Of a stretch of DNA of 64,000 nucleotides, positions 62,705 through 64,000 are shown one piece after another. The notes under the pieces were generated by a model, which saw only the letters and a program-made list of their open reading frames with translations, was not told the DNA's origin and ran no database searches. Position 1 is the first letter of the stretch, and every line of letters starts with the position of its first letter. Where the stretch lies: contig OZ234493.1 in the NCBI GenBank assembly GCA_965153455.1, positions 25,410,213 through 25,474,212 of the forward strand, read 5' to 3'. This DNA is from Sphagnum compactum (lineage: Eukaryota). The position numbers and the translations under genes are program-made.

Positions 62705-64000
62705 TTAACTAGATTCTTGCGTAATCAATTCTGACATTGATTTAAATATATTTGTAAAAACGTTTTGCACTAGTAAGTCATTTATTTACCTTTCAACTTT
62801 GTAAAAGAAAGACTATTGTTGTGTAGACTATGCTTCCTTGTTCTCATAATTAAAATTTTGTTAAATTTTCACAATTTAAGACATTAAAGTTGTGTTCTAA
62901 ATATAGGTGTATCATTTGAATGCTCTTGAAGGATCCTATAAACAATGTCCGATGTTCACCTACATACAATGCATTAAATCTATTCAGTTTTCTTTGTACA
63001 CCGAGCCAAATCAGTTGCCAAATGCCCACATGACCATATATTGAATCTAGGATTTGCCACAATATTCATTCCTTGGTCTCTCCAAAAAACATTCTTTTAG
63101 AAATAAGATATTCAAAACTTTGCACATATTGAAGTTATCTGTAAATTCATACCATGTTTCACCTTCCATCCCATGTTTCTTGCCTAGTTATTGGTTGTGA
63201 TTGTCCATAACGTCATCCAGACTATGGGTGAAACTGGAAACTAGGGAGCATAATTTAAAAGTGGGTTGGCTGCCAGGGTAAGTTATTCCCTTTTAATTTT
63301 GAGAGATCTCAACAACTCAAGTGATATGGTTTCAACTTCAAGGCATGATTATGCTTTGTCAAGTGATGATCCAGCTTCTCTTCAAGGAGTGATGAGGAGC
63401 TCTTTGATGAGATGGAAGGAACACTCAATGGGGAAACATGTTATAGTTGCTATTGTCAATTCACGGGAGTTATTTTCTTGTAAAGAGCTAGAGTGGTTCC
63501 ATAATGTTTGAACCTACAGTGAACTTATTGAGTATTGAACAAATTTTCAGTGAAAATTCATGTAATTCAAAACCAAAACTTATAGGGGAATTTCGGCATG
63601 CTCTTGGTATCATTGAAAAGCCCTTGATGAGTTAATGAAGATGATTTGGAAATTTTTAGATGTGCAGTGCAGCAGATGTTGAGTTTTGAGTCAATTTTCA
63701 TCATTGAAAATTCAGTTACATTACGAAAACTGGTTTTGAAAGGGAAAATTAGTTGGGGAATTAGTTCACACTTGGGCAAATGACACCAGCTTTACTAGTT
63801 CATGTCAAACTGTGTTATCTAATATTCATCTTGTATGACAATTTTGTGTCAAGGGAGAACAAAAGCATTTGAAATGAAGGTAAATATTTGAAATGTTTGA
63901 TGAAAAAACACTAAAGCACCAAAACTGGAAAGGTTTTGCTTTACATGCTGCTCGATGAAATACCTTTCAGTCAAGTTTGGCTGTGATGTCAAGTGAGAAC
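62705..64000. repeat. Dispersed repeat; the first ~680 bp is a direct copy of 43680-44422 and it may continue to the window end
   Basis: Direct alignment by eye up to ~63388. The remainder looks like decayed coding sequence of unknown identity. Confidence 0.65.

Noticed and set aside
62017-62712. 231-aa ORF as a full gene
   Set aside because: GTG start, compositionally chimeric and no domain; only the 62428-62606 part looks gene-derived

Overview
Eukaryotic, intron-rich, repeat-rich land-plant nuclear DNA. Gene content and repeat style suggest a moss, probably Sphagnum; this is an inference. Three genes look intact: a 14-exon NT-C2/coiled-coil gene (- strand, 7131-14356), a 9-exon Shewanella-like phosphatase SLP1 (+, 32883-37189) and an intronless atypical TKL-type kinase with an acidic tandem-repeat N-terminus (+, 41665-43308). 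The standout locus is a - strand gene (53037 to 49430) encoding an MLKL-like four-helix bundle, a kinase with canonical catalytic motifs and a C-terminal jacalin lectin. It is a candidate lectin-sensing cell-death/immune receptor, but this copy carries two frameshifts and one nonsense codon. The window is organised by at least five inverted duplications: 1-351/41264-41617; 11904-14941/37351-40170; 24523-24950/25461-26674; 48298-49427/56642-57760; 53463-53756/54782-55072. It also holds two decayed hAT transposases, a LINE ORF1 relic, a probable Helitron 5' end, a probable LTR fragment, and intron-containing fragments of MOR1 and RBM42. All alignments and gene models were made by eye; no database search was run.
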